DNA of 64,000 nt from Spongospora subterranea f. sp. subterranea (Eukaryota), in the NCBI GenBank assembly GCA_049724395.1, contig JAUGWO010000059.1, forward strand, positions 62,001 to 126,000, read 5' to 3'. The notes under the pieces were generated by a model that saw only the letters and a list, made by a program, of their open reading frames with translations, searched no databases and had not been told where the DNA came from. This document shows, in pieces, positions 13,723-26,837 of this stretch. Numbering within the stretch: position 1 is the first letter of the stretch; each line of letters starts with the position of its first letter. The position numbers and the translations under genes are program-made.

Positions 13723-14737
13723 ATGCAGCACCCGCTGGAGATGGCGCTGCAGGCAGCAAGACGCTTTGACGACCAAGCAAGACCCTACTTCACTGTGGGC
13801 CGGCCGGCGCCTGTGGTCGCCCAGGCCCCGTTTCAACGTCAAGCGGATCAGGCTCAGCATTCGCCATTCCATATCGGATATGATGATCGCCAATCATACG
13901 TGTCGCCAGTATATATGAATAGTCCCCTACAACGCCACTCCCCTATGGCGCCGCCATCCGATAATTGTAGCAGTTTCAGACCCCCAGTGCAAGCGTCAGT
14001 CCGATCTCATTCACCTATATTTCATTGTTATGCGCCCGACTCGCCGATGTCAAACACTAGCTCTGAAGGGGTTATGTATATGTCGCCGCAATCTAACAGC
14101 TCGACCTTCAACCGCTCATCTCCATTGACAAGAATGGACGGCAGCCCAAGTCCGTTATCAATTGTGTCGCCACGACAGTCGCCAGTTATATTGGCTTTGC
14201 CACCCCTTCAACGTGCTGCCCCCGCGTATAAATTACCGACAGCATCGAACGCATCATTACGGCGGTGCGTCCTTATGAGGCAACAATTCGAATCCAACCA
14301 AGTGGCTTTAGTATCTCCACAATATGCGTCATCGCCGCTTTCATGCAGCTCAGCGGGTTCCACATCCACAGCAGATCCTTCTGTGTCCGTCACACAAACA
14401 ACGGTAACTGTCCCATCGAAAACACCATTGCCGCCGGATGGCGATACCAGCCGAATCGACCCTCGGCACCAGCATCATTATAAACACCTAAGGTTTGTCG
14501 GTCTTCATGGGGGACGCGGTCCCGTTCAACCGGATACGAGTCTGGACTGGCGAAAACAGAAATCAGCTATACGACTGCGTCTGCGGCAAGCGTGTTCCGA
14601 ACCAATGCCTGCAGAAGGTGAAGCGTCACGCCTATCGCCATGCGGTTAGTGCATACACCTGCGGCATTTGCGGAAAAGTATTCAAGGCGCATTGGTCTCT
14701 GAACGCGCACAAAAGGATACATAAGGGCGATGATTAG
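13723..14737 (+). CDS. C2H2 zinc-finger protein with a long Ser/Pro-rich N-terminus
   Basis: 308-aa S/P-rich ORF; the zinc fingers (CVCGK..KRHAYRH; YTCGICGKVFKAHWSLNAHKRIH) are in another frame from 14495, needing an intron ending at the AG 14491-14492 or an indel. Confidence 0.75.
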
Positions 14738-15687
14738 ATTCAGCAAAAGGAAAAACATACCTGTAATATTTGATCATCCGCCTCTCTAATTATCATTCAT
14801 CTATAAAGCTGAGTTAACAAATTGATTGAATGAGTTGCGAAATGCGAAATACATGTTTGTTTTCAAGTCCAATCACAGTAATCCAAACAACCAAACCCAA
14901 CTGCTCGAACCAATGCTGACTTTGCACGATAAAAACGAGCCAAGCTGGAAAACAATAGTAAAGGCTTGAAGCCACCAGCAGTATTCCGGCGTGACGCACA
15001 AAACAAAAAGCAACGAGCACATAAAATGCGCATATCTTCTGAGGACAAAACAGCCGTGCTGGAATCGTTTGAATCCGACATTTTGAAAGTACAACGGGTA
15101 CAAGTGTGCAAATAAGCGTCAAAATACGCGCAGGAAATCTGTTTTGTGGTTGTCGGAAGACCAATTGTGGCAACGAAAGTTACGAAAAGTAAGCCATGGA
15201 ACTGCGCCCGAGATACACAGTTACCAACTGACCCAAAAGGCAATATGATGGCTGAAGGCCATCATTCTCGGGTCCTTATATACCTTAGACTTTTGGATCA
15301 TGACAGTATCCCCCGTTCAGGAGCGACCCTCATGACCTTCCAGCCCCCGTGCGACAATGCGAATAAGCTTGACCTTCAATACACGGAATTTGAGCACCTG
15401 ATGAGCAATAGAGCTAGTGAGGAATTAACTCAAGATTTAGTGGAGTAACTCGGACAGCCACGACAAAAATACCGTCCCCATTGTTTGATAACACGATATA
15501 CTATGAAACAATCCATCGGTGGATAGAGTGATAACTGGGACTAAGACAGTGTTACAGAGCCTCAATAGTTTTGCGGTACACAAATCTCAAGTCTGAAGCA
15601 CTTTCAATCGCTGCATGTTTTGATGATGAGGAGACGACCAGCAACAGTGTTTCACAGTATCGGTTGATGTCCATGACCAAGAGAAAT

Positions 15688-15805
15688 TCTGACACATTGG
15701 TGTGGCGTTTCGGACACGTTGCAGTGGACAGTGGTACATCTGGACAGGTTGCGTAGTGGCATTTTTGGACACGTTGGAGTGGTACCTCCGGACACGTCGG
15801 AGTGA
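15688..15805. repeat. Degenerate minisatellite, ~5 copies of a 22-29 nt unit (GGACACGTTGNAGTGG core)
   Basis: Units gacacattggtgtgg, ggacacgttgcagtgg, ggacaggttgcgtagtgg, ggacacgttggagtgg, ggacacgtcggagtg. Confidence 0.75.
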
Positions 15806-16809
15806 CAGCTAAGCGCCGTTACACTGTCAGCTGGATACGGGCGCACTGTCGTGTACCAATTCGGATTGTTCTGTGCGCAGCCTCGTCACAGTTATCACGC
15901 CGATCGAACAGCAAAATCGCAGCAAATCACATGAATAATCAGAACTGTCCAGTTTTGTGGATATGGAGCAACAATCTCATTCTATAGCTGGTAATAATAA
16001 ACAAACGATGAGCGATTAAGCAACTGGCAGAGTCTGAAATTGAAGTTTCGTTTTGTTTTCTGACAGCTTTCCATGGCTCCTGTTCCGCTTTAGCTCAACA
16101 AACGTTCGTCTTGAGTGATACCTGGCCGAACACTGCAGCGTAATTTGCTGGTTCGGTCTGATTCTATTGTCGTTAAATGAGCGCTGAAAGATGGAATTTT
16201 GTTTTGACAGGGCGGAGCAAGAAGGTATTCGGTTCTTCGACAAATAACCTATGAACCTGAGTTGGCACGAACTTATTTGAGGAGGAAATCAATCGTTCAC
16301 CGTCATGTGCCCTCCAGTACACTTAAGGCTGTTGTGGTCTTTGACCTCAAGCGTTCTTGTCCATCCTTGCGGCGTCAAATCAATCTTCGGCCTTACGTTC
16401 TCTTCGTAATTTAAGTGACTTCATATGTCGATCTCTCTGCACTCTGCACTCAAAATATACACTTAACTGTTATTTGAGTTGTTTCATTCGACGAATGAGA
16501 GAATGAATTAAAGGTGAAATCATGAACCTTAGGGCAACACCGTCAACACTATCCATTCGACAAAATTTGTGAAATTATTTTATGATTGTTGCCCTTCAAT
16601 TTTGCTTGAGACGGCCATCAGTAGCTATACCTTCATTCTACGTGTGATCGGGTGAGGAACAAGGCGAGCCGCCATCTACCCCTCATATCGAAAAAGATGG
16701 ATTCTCGGTAGAAAAACATCGTTTCAGTCTGGTCGCTGTTCAACAAATAAGATGTTCGGCAGGGCCACAATCCTTGATCCTGTGGGATCTCAAACATCAA
16801 GCAGCTACG

Positions 16810-17637
16810 TATAACCTTCAAAATAGCTTCAACCGATGAGAAACTACGCGAGATTAAGGATGCTACAAGAATCGGGATTTTAACACCATCAATCTCCTAT
16901 TTCGGTAAAGCCATCAGAAGTACGTTAACAAACTATCCTGATCAAGTCGTCAATCAGAGTAAAATTTTGAAGACAACTTTACTACTAGAACAGACAAAGG
17001 TCCAAACGCTTGAGACAGATCTCTTAACTAAGCTCACTCAACTTAACAAACCCGCTTAGACATTTTGGCGCTCAGGGCAGCGGTTTTCTGTGCGCCTTGA
17101 CCATTTTTTGGCAAACTTCGTTTCCGTCAAGCGTTGATAGTCTTATTGAGATCTTGCTTGGTTAATTGTAAAATAGCTTGATCTTGTTCTTTCTTAAAAG
17201 CGGCTTTACTGGCGCGTTCGTCTTTTTCAGTGTGTCTTTGAATTGTTTGTCGGCAAACTAAATTAGAGTATCTTCCAAAAGTGGGGCTGACATATTTGTT
17301 CAACATGTTTTGATCAATTGGCGACCAACCTAATCCTGGCCTTGTGGGGTAATCAGGAATCGTGCTAACAACGAAACTGATATAGTCTAAGCGGGTTTGT
17401 TTAAGTTGAGTGAGCTTAGTTGAGAGATCTGTCTTAAGCTTTTGAACCTTCGTCTGTTCTAGTAGTAAAGTTGTCTTCAAAACTTTACTCTGATTGACGG
17501 CTTGATCAGGATAGTTTGTTAATGTACTTCTGATGGCTTTATCGAGATAGGAGATTAATGGTGTTAAAATCCCGGTTCTTGCAGCATCCTTAATCTCGCG
17601 TAGCTTCTTATCGGTTGAAGCTATTTTGAAGGTTATA
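16810..17637. repeat. Long inverted repeat: ~252-bp arms (16810-17061 / 17385-17637), 323-bp spacer
   Basis: Manual alignment: 15 substitutions (14 transitions) and 1 indel, ~94% identity. Confidence 0.95.
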
Positions 17638-17947
17638 GCTGCGCGCCTTTGCCCGCTGACGCGGGCTCGCATGTTTCCTGCGTTGGAATATTTCGAGTTA
17701 GCCGACGAATTTGAGACAATATGCCACTAATCGAATGTCAAAATATCGCTTACTAAAGAAAATTTAGAGCTGCTTTTACAACGACAAGAACTGCGAAATG
17801 GGATCCGAAAGCGTCTAGATATAGGTTAGCACAAATGACTGCGACGTTGGTACTCATTGCTATTCCGTCCTTTTGATGATAGATGTTTGGACCGTAGCAA
17901 AAGTAGTTATTCTTACTAATTAAGTTTGACAAGCTTGTTGTAGGCAA
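17127..17947 (-). mobile_element. Penelope-like retroelement fragments (N-terminal coiled region and RT fragment)
   Basis: 17753-17947 NNYFCYGPNIYHQKDGIAMSTNVAVICANLYL matches the PLE RT Y.Q..G.AMG..ANLY motif; the 17127-17672 ORF is paralogous to the fragment at 30.0-30.4 kb. Confidence 0.7.
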
Positions 17948-18164
17948 ATTCTGTCATTATTGGGGTTCATCTATCTATCACATAATCGGAAAGTTGAAGA
18001 TTCGCACCTGGGCATAACTTCATCTGCGAAAACTGTTCATCCGGGAAATGGCCATAGTGTTTGTTTCATAAGTCTTTGAAAAAAAAATCAATTGCTAGGG
18101 TGCGTTCTAATCCTTAGGAGGTTCGGAACTTCATGGTCAACAACTGTTATTTGTGCGATCAGGG

Positions 18165-18601
18165 CTACTGTACTGGTGGGTATCTGTTCACTTTACCCAA
18201 AATTCGATTAACCAATGCGCTTGATTGTCTGCTGGTCGTATTTCCGTGCCGGCGAAAGTGATTCTCCGGAAAAGTCTTCAAGGGTTGAATTTGGAAACCG
18301 TAGACGAAGAACCGAGGCTGGTCAATGATAAAGCAACAGAAACTGTTCGTGGCCATATCCACACCTGTAATCATCTCAGTGTGTAATTATGCCAACGGCG
18401 ACCCCAAGATATATTTGAGCTTTCCACAAGCAGGGGAGTAGAAGGCAATTGTCTACAATCGAGCTCCATCGTTTCACTTTTCATCTCCTCATGGTGCAGA
18501 CACACGCAACGGATCTTCAGCGACAAGGCTTTAATCGTCGAGAACGTCGTCTGCCCCCGGCATAAATGCATCACAATACCAGCATAACTACTTGTTGACA
18601 A
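18165..18601 (-). mobile_element. Possible piggyBac-like transposase relic
   Basis: Degenerate NY...M.TGVDMA resembles YN..MGGVD; FVYGFQI resembles K.YG.KI; broken frames. Confidence 0.25.
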
Positions 18602-19249
18602 CTGCCCAATCCTACGTGCATTGGTCGAATAGTGCTCCTTGCGAGGTCAGTGATAACCCACTTCCACACGCATTGCTACTTCCCATGGCTCCATTTTGGT
18701 TGGGGCACTTTTGCACCAACACGACAAGAACGTCAGAACGTAATTAACGGTTCAAGACGCTACCGGAGCATTAAAATTGAATTAATCCACGGTGAGGCCA
18801 AGTTTGACGAAACTATGTGCTCTGATTCGTAACCGAAAAGCTGTTTACCTTCAAGCAATTTATCAAATTAATTTAGCGGCGATCATTCTATTAAACTCAA
18901 AAAACATTTGATCTCACAATGGCAGTGTCAGCAGCTTCCATAAACACAAGGGCAAAAACATGCCCTTGGAAGATATTTTACAGTTGTAGCCTTTCGTACG
19001 GAGTCAAATTGCAACCCGAAGCTAAATTAGGATTTTGGAGAGAATGTTCGCGCGTCAGCAGCCTTCGGTTAACCCTCCATGCTGACATCCGGCGCTTCAT
19101 CAGCACACTCTATTTTCATTTAGGCCGCGCGGCATGGATTAAAAAAAAACGTTTTCCGCTATGTGTCGAAGTTTCCGAAACGAATTATCAAAATCATTCG
19201 GCATGTGCGCCTGTTGTTCAGCACGTATCTCGTGTCGAAACTGGGTAAA

Positions 19250-20700
19250 AACTATCCTTGGTCTACAAGTTTGTCTTCGTGATCAGATGGTTCTCGCACC
19301 AGCCCGTGATCGCCACTACGCTGTCCGTCGTCGTTCCTCGCGCCACCTATATAATGTTGGGGATCGTTTTTGGTTGTCCGATTCCAACATCATCTCTGCC
19401 TGTACCTTGTTCCAAACTCTTGTCCCAACGAAAGCACGATTGCTATTGAAGATAGGGACCCGAAAATTGGTCCTTTTCCGATCAAAAGAGTCGTCGGTCT
19501 TCTTAGTGTTGAAGGGACTCCCCCCTCAAAGATAAATCCTCATCATGTTGAGCGTCCTCCTACTCTTCTTGTTTTTTGCCGACAACGCCCCTTCCCTGAT
19601 TCCACATTAACTGGTGATCGTTATCTCAGTTCCTGGTATTATCGCTCCGAATTTTCAATTTATCGGTTGGAATTTTATACTCGTGCGATTCGTTATTGGG
19701 AACCGTGTGGTTGTATCATCTCTCCCTTATTACGAAAATCAAACAAAATCAATTTTGGATCAGACATCCATAACGCGTTCGTTCGCGAATCGAAACGTTT
19801 GGGTTGGGATTGCACATATCGATCATCAATGTGGTCTTTGATATTGAAACTTCGATTGAACTCACATCACCACTTGACGGTGGATATTGTGACGTTTCCG
19901 GATTGTTGTGATCGTTTGACTTGTAACAGACGACGTAAAATGCATGACAAGTGAGAGTGTGACAACGGTTGACTTGAACGTAAAGCAAACGTTATCCTAG
20001 TACTAGAGTTCATTCTCATATCTGTTCGATACTTCAAAGACAAAGTAACAACCGACATGTGCGATCCCAAGATGAAGGTTTCGATTAACGGACACGACAG
20101 GGAGAGTGTCGTTGTTCTGTCTGATCAAAGATTGATTTCCCTGAATCCGCAAGCCTGTTTCTTGTGTGCGAAGGTAATCGATGCACATTTCAATTTTATT
20201 GTTGCAAGGGTTTGATTATTCCTGTAGGCACCGGCTTTCGTACCTTCTTTCTTGGGAAATTAGACTAAAGTCGTGGAACATTCTCCGTGATTTGAGAAGG
20301 TCGGGCGAGTTTTATGATAAAATCGATCAGAAAGTTCGACAACGTGCTGCGTTTTATGACGAGTTCCCGATTCTTTAGCGGCTATTTTCTAAATGGTTTT
20401 GACGAATGGCTGTCATATGAATAAGATTTGATTACCTGCGGGTACCGGTTAATCGTACTCAGCTTGAGTATAGCATTAAGGCGAAACGCTTCCCCATATT
20501 CGTATGATGGCCAACCGTCATAATCATTGAGAAAATATTTCTCTATCGCATCCGAACTCGTCAGGATCGTATTACCTTGCCAAACTTCGTGAACAGTTTT
20601 TCTAAAAAAAATCGCCCGATCTTCGAAATCACTGAGGAGTTACCAAGACTCATTAGTCTTATCTTCCAGAAAAGGTACGGAAGTATGCGACTACAAGCAT
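19250..20700 (+). mobile_element. Ty3/gypsy LTR-retrotransposon pol relics, scrambled
   Basis: YNVGDRFWLSDSNI...SKLL...KIGPFPIKRVVG resembles the integrase GPF/Y tail; IISPLLRKSNKINFGSDIHNAF resembles the RT/RNase H connection. Confidence 0.55.
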
Positions 20701-22449
20701 ATTGAAATCCTTGTAATAAATTGCAATGTGCAATGAATAACCTTCACATAAAAAGCAGAGGCTCGTGAACCCTCATGAGATAAATTGCCCTGTAGATTCT
20801 GACAAATTCCTCATCATCGTTTTAGGATAGATTTGGGAAGATCAGAAAAAGTGCATCTCGATCAACCACATAATCGATCAACAAGGCTTTCTGAAGCTGA
20901 AACACGGCAACAGGACGTTGATAACTACAAGAACACTCACTAAGTTCAGGCGAGTTTCTATATGGGATCAAGCCTAAAGATGGGTACAGAAGATAAGAAC
21001 AGGAAGGACGGTCTGTTGAACCAACGTTTACTTGCGAAGCATTATTTGGATGTTTGATACGGATTCTTTTCCGGCAAATCAAACTATCAGACAAAACAAT
21101 GGCATTCTTTTGCAGCCGCTCGGAAATAACTGTGCAAGAGAGGAAGATAAACGAGATAAATATATAGAGAGAGAGACAAAAGAGTGTTAATTAGGGGCGA
21201 TGAACGACAGATGTAGCACATTCCCCTCTTTCAAACCACGCTCTGGTGTGGCTCCAAATTATTTGTCACTAAACTACTACCGGGACATCCGCTTGAATTT
21301 AGAGAAAAGGCTCCCATGCTAAATCAGCTGGTTCAAAACCTTGCCAACATATCAGGAGGTCAATCTCGCCGGTATCGATGTTGCGTCTCACGTCGCAAAT
21401 TTGGCGACGATTTAAGTAGCAGCCTGGAAGGCAATATTGCGGAGAAGAGGTGAAATGACGTTAAAGGGTTTGTCATGGTAATACTTCTGCAGGCGATCTG
21501 CAGTGACAGACCTTGTCGCCTCCGTTGGACGAAAGGCCAAGGCTTCGGCCTCAATTCGTTCTGCTCATTCTGATGATGGCCCCTTTGTCAGGATGGCGGA
21601 CGCGTTTGACGTCGCCGTCAAGGAAAGTCGTTTGCTCCGTCTGCAGTGTCTCCTGCTGGAACAGAGTTGTCGACAACTACTCAGCTACTTCTGGGGGGGT
21701 TGGACGTTGACACTGCGACAAGTATGTTTACCGAAATCTATCCAGTTTCTCAAGCGGAGCTAAAGAAGCAGATCCAGCGGCAGAGCGAGTCTAAGCGCCT
21801 CTGGGATCTGCGAAAGACTGAAGAGGCAAGAGTGGCTGATTGAAGCTGCAACAGCTCAATCTGCTCGCCAGTCATGCGGCGGTTCCATCGACAATTTCAG
21901 GAGAAAAGCCCATTCCGCTAGAAAGCTTCTATCGGAATGGCTTTCCATGATTGATATGGAAATGTAATCAGCAGACGGGCTGTTCTTCCCAACTCCGACG
22001 TCGCCAAGCTTTCTAAAGCAATCAGAAACACATTCCGAATGTTTTGTGAGTTCAGTGAAGAATTTGCCGCTGCTGTGATTGCACAGATTGCAGATTCGAC
22101 GTCCTCTAATCAGGCCAATTGTCCTTCTGTTCCATTTCACGAACAATTTTCACACTTGTGCTTTGAGAAGACCATCGAGAAGACCATCGACGCTGCGATA
22201 TCGGAAAGAAGGAGGCTGTCGCCCTCCGATAAATCGGAGGAGGAATCCAACTGGGCCAATTACCATTTGCTGCACCGGGTGGTCGCCAAGGGCAACCCCG
22301 ATATGATCGGAAACGATCCATTTACCTGAGATTATGGAAGAGAAGGGGGTTCCTGTCCTTCGTCACAGGTTCTCGGCTTCAAGCGTGATCATAGCCTACG
22401 CTGGTGTTCCAATACTGCCAATCTGATACATTCTTCACGATTAGATTTC

Positions 22450-22700
22450 TATCTCCCAACGGCATGAAGACTATGGTCGCGTCGTCAGTAACCGATCGCT
22501 GGCTTTGAAACCGATCGCCTTTACCCCGTATCACGATCCGCTCAGATTATGCAGACGAGGTCCTCCAGCAATGTAGCTAATGGCCATCGTACAGGCCCGT
22601 TCAATCGTGATTTCGCCAACTCTCTTCTGACGACCATCGTGGCACCCGAATCGTGTCTTTCGACTGTACATCGTTGCTGATAACTTCTATCGACGGCAAG
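22450..22700 (+). mobile_element. Possible PLE RT motif relic
   Basis: RIVSFDCTSLL resembles the PLE RT VSFDV.SLFT motif. Confidence 0.3.
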
Positions 22701-24981
22701 ATGAGTACTTGAACATGATTTTCAAACGGGGGAAACCCCACCAAGAGATCATTACGATCCGGTCGACGCACATAAAGGAGGGGAACAGCGCCACCAACGA
22801 TAAACAATCCCAGACATTATTGATGGTAAGGTACATTGTACAATGTGGAACGACGTTTTCTTCGAATGACCACAAAATATCGGTGTCTTATTTGATTCGT
22901 ATTATTAGATACCACCAGCTTACAATCAATGAAATACTAAGATTTCAGATTGAAGGACCCGATAGCAAGTATCAATACATCTGATATATTTCAATCTGAC
23001 GATATCGACTGCCGACTTTCAAATAAACTATTGCGATGGTTGAGCGAGCGATTGATCAGATGGCGAGGAGGAGACGCGATTTGACGTATTGGTCAATGTC
23101 CCCGCCTTGGCAAAGAGGAAACCCGACTCTGATGAACAGCTTTCTGATAGCTCAAAAGTCTCTGATACCTGGGGTATTCGACATTTTAAGCATTCGAAAA
23201 TTTGATTGATGGTTTGAAAAATGAAACACACACGCGAAGATGTTTTATCAAGTACGTAGTGTTTTGTACCAACAGATCGATCATCAGCTCTGGTATCTGG
23301 GTCTAATGAAAATACCAACCCTGGCTGGCTGAGCTCACATCATGTCCCCTTCGCAGGTCCTCATGACCGATATCGCGCGATTATTTCGCTGCCGATGCTG
23401 ATCGAGTTGTATCAGGCAGACAATGCGATTGATAACTTCATTTGCAACCAGCACCTAACGACGATCCGCAACTTTTGTTTGTCCGAATGTTGACGCTTTG
23501 AGAACCGGCGGTGGTATCGGCAAACTAGCCTGGGAAACTTTGAGATTCACGACGCCAATCGTTCACGTTTGTGCCTGCGACGCTGCAACTCTTGATGACA
23601 CTGGCCTTGACGTTATCGAGACAAATCTCGGGTCGTTGACGAAACAGATCTGTGTATGAGGCATAATCTTTATGAAAACGGTTCACAGCCCTCTCCTCCG
23701 ATCACCGTTCCACGACGACGCCTCACATACAAATCTCGTTCTCGCTACCGACACAGCATCGCTCCCAAGAGCAAAAGAGGACCAGTAACTAATTGTAACT
23801 GTGGCAAGGTCGGCGATATTATTTCCATTCTAGTACTTTGATGTTTGCAAAGTTCCATCGCCCATCGACGTTGGCAAAAAAAAACTCAACGGGACTGGTG
23901 TAAGAGTAAGGTATACAAGTACGACGAAACGAAACAGGACACGCATGTGTATGGGATACAATGGTATATCTCTTTGAGAACCCGAGTCAAATTCATTCAC
24001 AAACAGGAACGGGCGTTGTGACCAACATTCGTCGATCGGTAATCCTGGGCACATGAGTATAGGGTCGAATTGGCCCGATTCTGGGATCGAGGTTTCCGAC
24101 GTCCGGCTGCCCATACCGGATTCCGCGGCCGATTGGCCCAAGCTGATCCAGCCGCTCAGCGATATCCTCAATCGTGGCGATATCTCGTCGGAGCTCACGG
24201 CGGCCGAGGCAAGTCCTCTGCCCGTGTGTTCGCGATCATCATAAAGTGATACATGGATACGTAGCTGTCCTTGAACATATTGCTTCACCGGGATCCTGGT
24301 CAAGTTTCGATCGTTCTCCGGGGCCTTGTTCAAAATGGTGTCGTCAAGTCGATATGTGAGCGGTTGCAGCTCCCAGTTCCTTCCTCAATGCCAGCCCAAT
24401 CTGTTTGGTGGCGAGAGGTCTCCATTTCAATAGTATTGCCGAAAATTATGCTGACTCCGGTGTAGGTCTGCATGGAGCGAATTATCAATTGCCGAATTTT
24501 GTCCATGTTTTGCAAAAATTCTGGGGTAATTGCCGACTTGCTCTCCGAACGCCCGTACATCTGTATGGTCATCTTGAGTACGACAGTGTCAAGTACTGAG
24601 AGGAGTGTTCAGTTGCCGCCCTTCGTTCGGTGTTGACCACGCCCAGCAGTATGCATGTCAACCAAATTCGTCATTTGACCATCGATATGCTGTTCTCTTT
24701 GGTGGCACTTTCTCCAGATTTCGGGACCACCTTGTATTTTCACAAAATGGGGTTTTTCCCCATATTGCTTGGTCAGTGCTGTGTCAGCCGCATTTCATGG
24801 ATCTACAAATTTTTGTGTATCACCTTGTTTTCCCTGCTTGTTTCTGAAAACAAAATCAACAATGGACTGTACTCTAAACGGGCCTTTAGACTTGATTGGC
24901 CGCGATTGGGGAACTGGTACAGGCGGGGAGGACTGGTCTGTGTATGATTTGAATTCGCCCGTCATCCCCTTGTTCATCGAA

Positions 24982-25427
24982 TCAGCGTGCATCCATATTT
25001 TTTGCTTCTTTATCTCCGATTGCAATTTCGTAATGCGAAGTAAACCTAATTTGTTCAGCTGGCTTTGCCGTGCACTTACCCCGTTTCAGATGCCTCACAG
25101 TCTGTCGATGCCAAGATGATTCTGTCAGAACTCGAGGCGATGCCGATATTTTCGCAGGCAATCGCTGCGATAAAATCAAACTATCGCTTTGCCCATTCCA
25201 AAACGATGGTGATATCATTTTAAGCGCGTTTTTCGTTCTCCAACATTGACCTTCTCAATAGGCCGACACACTGAAGCTCCTGCCAGCGTTGTTCGTGTTT
25301 GGCGGACGTTTGCAATGTTTGAAAAGAGAAATGGCCAACTGGGTAGATTCGACGGCCAAGTTTCTGGCCAATCTTGCCTTGTCTTGCAAAGACCTTGCGC
25401 AAACGTAGACCTGCGTTTGTTACTCAA
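24982..25427 (-). mobile_element. Possible PLE GIY-YIG endonuclease relic
   Basis: KVNVGERKTRLK resembles K.YVGET.R.L. Confidence 0.3.
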
Positions 25428-26018
25428 AATTCAAAGTTTCTGACCAACTAAAGATAGAGACGCATTAGCGAAAGACGTGAATGAAGCAATAGCCACCCAT
25501 TGCTATACATTATTGTCTATGATTCAGGAGCGTCACAATCCGGGTAAACCTGGTAATCGTTCGGTTGTTCCGGACATGAGGAAGGTAGACGATTTTGATG
25601 CGCATCTGCGTTCTTCTATCGGTTTACAGCGATTATTCTTAGGAATATCGAGCAATTGCACAACAGGCGCTAGCTGGTGCTATTCTTAAAAAACAAAACC
25701 CTCCTGTTGTGCAAACTGGCGGATCATCACATTGCTGCAATTTTTGTAAAAAAAGTAGCGGATCGTTGATGAGATGCAAAAGATGTTCATCTGCGCTCTG
25801 TATATCCACTGTTTTCGGCAAATCTGATCAACCTTGTACTGATATGTGTGTTTGTGGCAGATTGCAGTAAAGAGTGTCAGATATCCGATTGGAAAGCTCA
25901 TAAACTGCACTGTACAAGTCAAAACTGAAAATTGTATATAAAAATTTTAATATTGCTGATAATTCCTCAAATAGATTGAATATATTTGCATTCAATACAT
26001 CGTGGCTAAGAGAGATTG

Positions 26019-26837
26019 TCAACAGGACGTAATTGACGTACCAGTCTTGCGGTTGATGAAATCGTTCATCTCCAGCGCAATGTCTATGCGCCCGTCAATA
26101 ATGATGGCGCTGTTGGCGCCTTTCTCGACGGCGACAATCGCGGTCTCAACCTTCGGGACCATACCGCCAGAGATGGTCCCATCTGCAATCAAGTCTTTTG
26201 CTTGCTGCTCCGTCAAATGCGGAATCAGGCGCTTTTCCTTATCGAGAACCCCATCCACATTCGTCATGAGAATAAAATGGTCGGCTTTCAATGCGCCAGC
26301 AATCGCCCCGGCAACGGTGTCGGCGTTCATATTGAGCGTTTCTCCATGTTTTCCAACGCCAATCGGTGCAATAACTGGAATAAGCCCTGATATGATGTAT
26401 CCTGAAAGAATATCGGCGTGAACCTCGTCAGGTTCCCCGACAAATCCGTAGTCAACTGGCCGACGATCTGGCCCGACAAATACAGGGCCCATTCTCGTTC
26501 CGGAAAACAGATGGTCTTTCTTGCCGGAAAGGCCAACTGCTTCACAGCCAGCGTTGCTTATTTCAGCCACAATATCGTGATTAACACGGTCCATCAGCAC
26601 CGATTCGACCACCAGCAATGCTTCCTTCGACGTCACGCGTCGCCCATTGGCGAACTCGACCGAAATTCCGGAGGCCGCCAACGCCTGGTCAATCTGCGGC
26701 CCCCCGCCATGTACGACAATCGGCAGCATTCCTTGATTTCGGAGAGCCACCACATTAGCGGCGAACTTCCGAATTACGTCGTCGGTCATGGCGTTGCCTC
26801 CAAGTTTCACAACAACAATCTGGTCGCGACGGGTCAT
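26019..26837 (-). CDS. argB: Acetylglutamate kinase (NAGK), bacterial-type, intronless, 272 aa
   Basis: Uninterrupted ORF with [83 protein letters not shown]. Confidence 0.96.
   Translation of the reverse strand: MTRRDQIVVVKLGGNAMTDDVIRKFAANVVALRNQGMLPIVVHGGGPQIDQALAASGISVEFANGRRVTSKEALLVVESVLMDRVNHDIVAEISNAGCEAVGLSGKKDHLFSGTRMGPVFVGPDRRPVDYGFVGEPDEVHADILSGYIISGLIPVIAPIGVGKHGETLNMNADTVAGAIAGALKADHFILMTNVDGVLDKEKRLIPHLTEQQAKDLIADGTISGGMVPKVETAIVAVEKGANSAIIIDGRIDIALEMNDFINRKTGTSITSC

Noticed and set aside
15688..15805. CRISPR-like array
   Set aside because: Repeats are degenerate, linkers are only ~7-13 nt, no cas genes are present and the context is eukaryotic.
23125..23160. CTGATGA hammerhead-like start, also at ~15399 and ~21570
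   Set aside because: No correctly placed stem II plus GAAA.
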